A stretch of DNA of 62,869 nt, filler included, from Diploschistes diacapsis (taxonomy: Eukaryota): assembly GCA_023645945.1 (NCBI GenBank). It is 14 parts of 14 records of this genome, joined end to end, with 100 filler letters (N's around TTAATTAATTAA, not from the genome) between each part and the next. Parts side by side here need not be neighbours in the genome. Positions count along the whole stretch, not along the records: positions 59,758 to 61,263 come from JALAIB010002979.1; positions 61,364 to 62,869 come from JALAIB010002980.1; 12 more parts are not named here. One strand, written 5' to 3'. The position numbers and the translations under genes were made by a program. The first letter of the stretch is position 1; each line of letters starts with the position of its first letter. The notes under the pieces are model-generated. The model searched no databases. It was given only the letters and a program-made list of their open reading frames with translations, and had not been told where the DNA came from. Shown piece after piece: positions 59,658-62,869 of this stretch.

Positions 59658-61363
59658 NNNNNNNNNNNNNNNNNNNNNNNNNNNNNNNNNNNNNNNNNNN
59701 NTTAATTAATTAANNNNNNNNNNNNNNNNNNNNNNNNNNNNNNNNNNNNNNNNNNNNCCCCCCCCCCCCCCCCCCGTACAGTCATTGCACCAAAGGCAGC
59801 AGTTGCTCGTCGACTATCCCTCGCAAGACTAGGAAAGAGAAATATAAGACGGATACATATTCCCGCTTGAAGCCTATCGTCCATACGGGTACGTAAATCT
59901 CAAGAGAAGCATCCGGCTTCAAGCAACTTAGACCGACTCGAGATTGGCCCACCGGTCCAAGACTTCCCTTCAGAACAACTTCCTCCGAGTTTGAGCTGCA
60001 CGGGCGGGCGCTCCGATATACAAATGACCCCCAAGTCGGATGTTGGCTTCGTCCTCTATCCCATACCCCGTCCCGCTCTCATATGATCTTTGTGCCTTCT
60101 GATTTTTTTTTTTTTTAGCTTATGCTCGACAAATGGGGTCTTGGGCATCGTACTTTCATAGAAATCCTACCTCCGCGTCCGCCAAGGGTGCTCTCTGCAT
60201 TAGCTCACGTCCATACTCTGCACGAAATAGTCCGGGGAGGCCAAGCTAAGGGGGACTCCTTCATGATACGGCCGTAGGTAGGTGAAGTATTCCGACGGCA
60301 TTTGGGCAGCAATCGCTGGAGCTGCACGGCAAATAGAAGAGGCGAGTAGAGGGAGGAGGTCTACGCGATGCCGATTTCAGACAGCGGTGAATGGTTTCCC
60401 CGTGCCTAGGCATAGTTCTCGAGATTGCACTCGTCCAGTCCTTTCCACGGAGCGAACAAAGAACAAACGTCAGGAATAGAGGGCATGGAGATACAAAGTG
60501 CATCAGAAGCTAAGAAAGCAGAGCATGTGAAAGAGGGTTGGGCCAATGCAATGAACCGAGCGGAACACCGTATCTTAATCATCAGCTCGCATGGACGTGC
60601 CAGCCTAGAAGGAGATGGTGCAGCTTTGGAAGGAGGGGGGGGCCCCGTAAGAAGAGTTGTGTTGTGGGTTGCAAATTGCTGCGTACTTTCATATACCCAC
60701 AACAGATGAAATAGGCAGGAGCCACAAGATCCAGGGGCGAGCTCCCGTTTCTCTCAGCGAGCACCGTGCAACTTGCGAAGCAATCTAGAAACAATAAGTG
60801 AACAGAGACTGCAAGCTTCAAGCTGCAGATTGCAGGATGCAAAGCTGCCTCACCTTGCACCGCTGCGATCGAAGCATTCGCCTTGACAATCATGGTGCGC
60901 AGATGGCGTCTGAAGAAATAACAGAACAAAACTTGTTATTCCAACGTTGAGAGTCTGGCTGATCAAGCCTCTGCGCACAACAGACGACTACGATTCTCAA
61001 CAGTGTCTCCCTTGCGCAGGTAACGTACTGTGATATGCGCCAACCATCAAGTCCCCAACCAGCGGCTGCCTACCGATGGATTTGATAGATCCGCTGCCGT
61101 GGAAGAGGAAGGCGCCGTTGACAAGATCCCGAAACCCAGTCACCAGCCGTCCCGTATCTGCTGTCGTGGAAGGGGAAGAGGCCGTTAACAAGACCCCAAA
61201 CCCAGTTCTCAAGCAAACCCACCTACCAGCCCAGCGGAACATGCAGATCTGAGAGATCTGAGGNNNNNNNNNNNNNNNNNNNNNNNNNNNNNNNNNNNNN
61301 NNNNNNNTTAATTAATTAANNNNNNNNNNNNNNNNNNNNNNNNNNNNNNNNNNNNNNNNNNNN

Positions 61364-62869
61364 GCCGTTATCGTTATTATCGTTATCGTTTTTTTTTTAT
61401 TTTAACTTTAATAGTTTTTCGTCTTCGTCGTTTACCTATCGTGATAAGATTCGTTTTTCACGGTTACGACGCGTTTTTTCGGTTCGGTTATCGTACGCGT
61501 CTTATCGTTAACGCTAGTTTTATAAACGGAAACGCTGCGTCGTCGCCGTTAAAAAAAAAGATAAAGATATTTTAAATGACTAGTTACGGAGGAAGAAGTA
61601 AGGTAATAAAAGGCTGAGGGAGGGTAGAGGAAGGGAGGAAAGAAGAAAGAAAGGAAAGGATTAAAAAAAAAGAAGAAATAAAGGCCTGCGTTAAGGATTA
61701 CGGGGTGTTATCGGCGGCGACGACGGTAATAAGATTAATAAACGGTGTTATAAGCCCTTTATTTAATTTATTATTATATTTAATTCTGTTCGGATGTTTG
61801 TAATACGTTCTTTTTCTTTTCTTATTATTCTTTTTTGTCTTTTTTTCGTTATCGAGGTCTTAGTTTAAAATATTGTTTATCGAAGTTGTCTACGGGTCGC
61901 TTCGGTTTAAACATCTATTATTTTTGTTATTATCGGCGTTCTTGCCCGTTTGGCTCCCGTTATTGTTTTTTTCGCTACTTTAGCGGCGGTCTGTTCCTTC
62001 CTGATAAAATTGTTTAAGGATAGATAGATCTATTGTTCGGCGTTCCGCTTGGCTTTGCTCTTTTAAATACGTTAGATGTCTATAATAACGCGGGTAAACT
62101 GGCGCGTTATCGATATTTGATATCGAGAAGTAAGTTTTTTTTATTATATTATAAGTATTGATATTACGCGTAATATTAGATCCTTTTCGGCGTTGCGATA
62201 GACGTCGCCGCGTTTTATATTGTTATGATCTCTATCTATACAAGGTATACACGAGTAGGATCAGGGTGGGTTTGGTCTCTGTTAGAAGAGGAGTGTGGCA
62301 GGAAAAGAAGATAGAGCAGTTATAGGTCTTGGACTGTTTCTAGAAAGAAGGTTTTAAGATAATAAAAGTAACGAATATAGATTGATCCCGAGCAATAACT
62401 TAAGATATTTATAAAAATAAAAACTTCTTTTTTTACGAAAGTAGAATCGTGTTTATATATAATTAATTCGCTCGTCATTTATCGTAAATTTAGCGAACGG
62501 TATTTTTAAGGCTCGTCGTTCACGAGAATAAACGCGATTATCGAGCGTAATGAAACTCGCTCGTTATTTACGAGAATAAACGCGATTAATAAGCGTATCA
62601 CGTGACCCTAGATCCCGTAACTGATCTATATATAAAATTAAAACGTGTTAAGTTTAGTACTTGAATCGTAATATTATTCCCTTTCTTTAATATTATCGGC
62701 CCGATAATTCGCCGAAGGGTCTAATATAAATATTAAATAAAAAAGAATCCTAAATCGTAGAATAATGATATTTTTTTTAACTTCTTATAATCGATCCGTT
62801 AAACAAATCTAACTTTCCCGTTCCATCGCTCGTTACAAAATCTTTATTATTTCTTTCTATAAATATTAT
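61364..62869. mobile_element. RIP-eroded repeat DNA including an LTR family A start at 62221
   Basis: AT-rich and depleted of CpA/TpG. TGTTATGATCTCTATC at 62221. Confidence 0.55.

Noticed and set aside
21742..62869. Apparent periodic structure (TTAATTAATTAA every 1.6 kb) and an apparent large TE island next to the genes
   Set aside because: These are artificial linkers. The small contig sizes fall steadily from 1512 to 1506 bp, which shows size- or name-ordered concatenation. Adjacency across gaps has no biological meaning.

Overview
Fungal genomic DNA, most likely from a filamentous ascomycete, judged by short GT-AG introns with CTRAY branch sites, a RIM15 kinase and RIP-eroded transposons. 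The window is not one locus. It is 14 contigs joined by 100-nt N/TTAATTAATTAA/N linkers: two of about 21.7 kb (1-21741, 23454-45174) and twelve of about 1.5 kb. Contig 1 holds an MCT-type MFS transporter, a three-gene module, an LSB1/PIN3-like SH3 gene and an aldo-keto reductase. The module is a stand-alone acyltransferase-3, a processive cellulose-synthase-like GT2, and a divergent GH16-like/TM/acyltransferase-3 fusion. It looks like an uncharacterised acylated-glucan synthesis system and is the best candidate for a new system here. The second large contig holds a RIP-killed Tc1, RIM15, and an accessory block of tandem F-box paralogs (one a pseudogene), a small Cys-rich gene and an APH-like phosphotransferase. 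The small contigs are mostly RIP-mutated copia, gypsy/chromovirus and Fot1/pogo relics, a MITE family and a 292-bp copia-type TRIM. All calls come from reading motifs by eye; no database searches were run.
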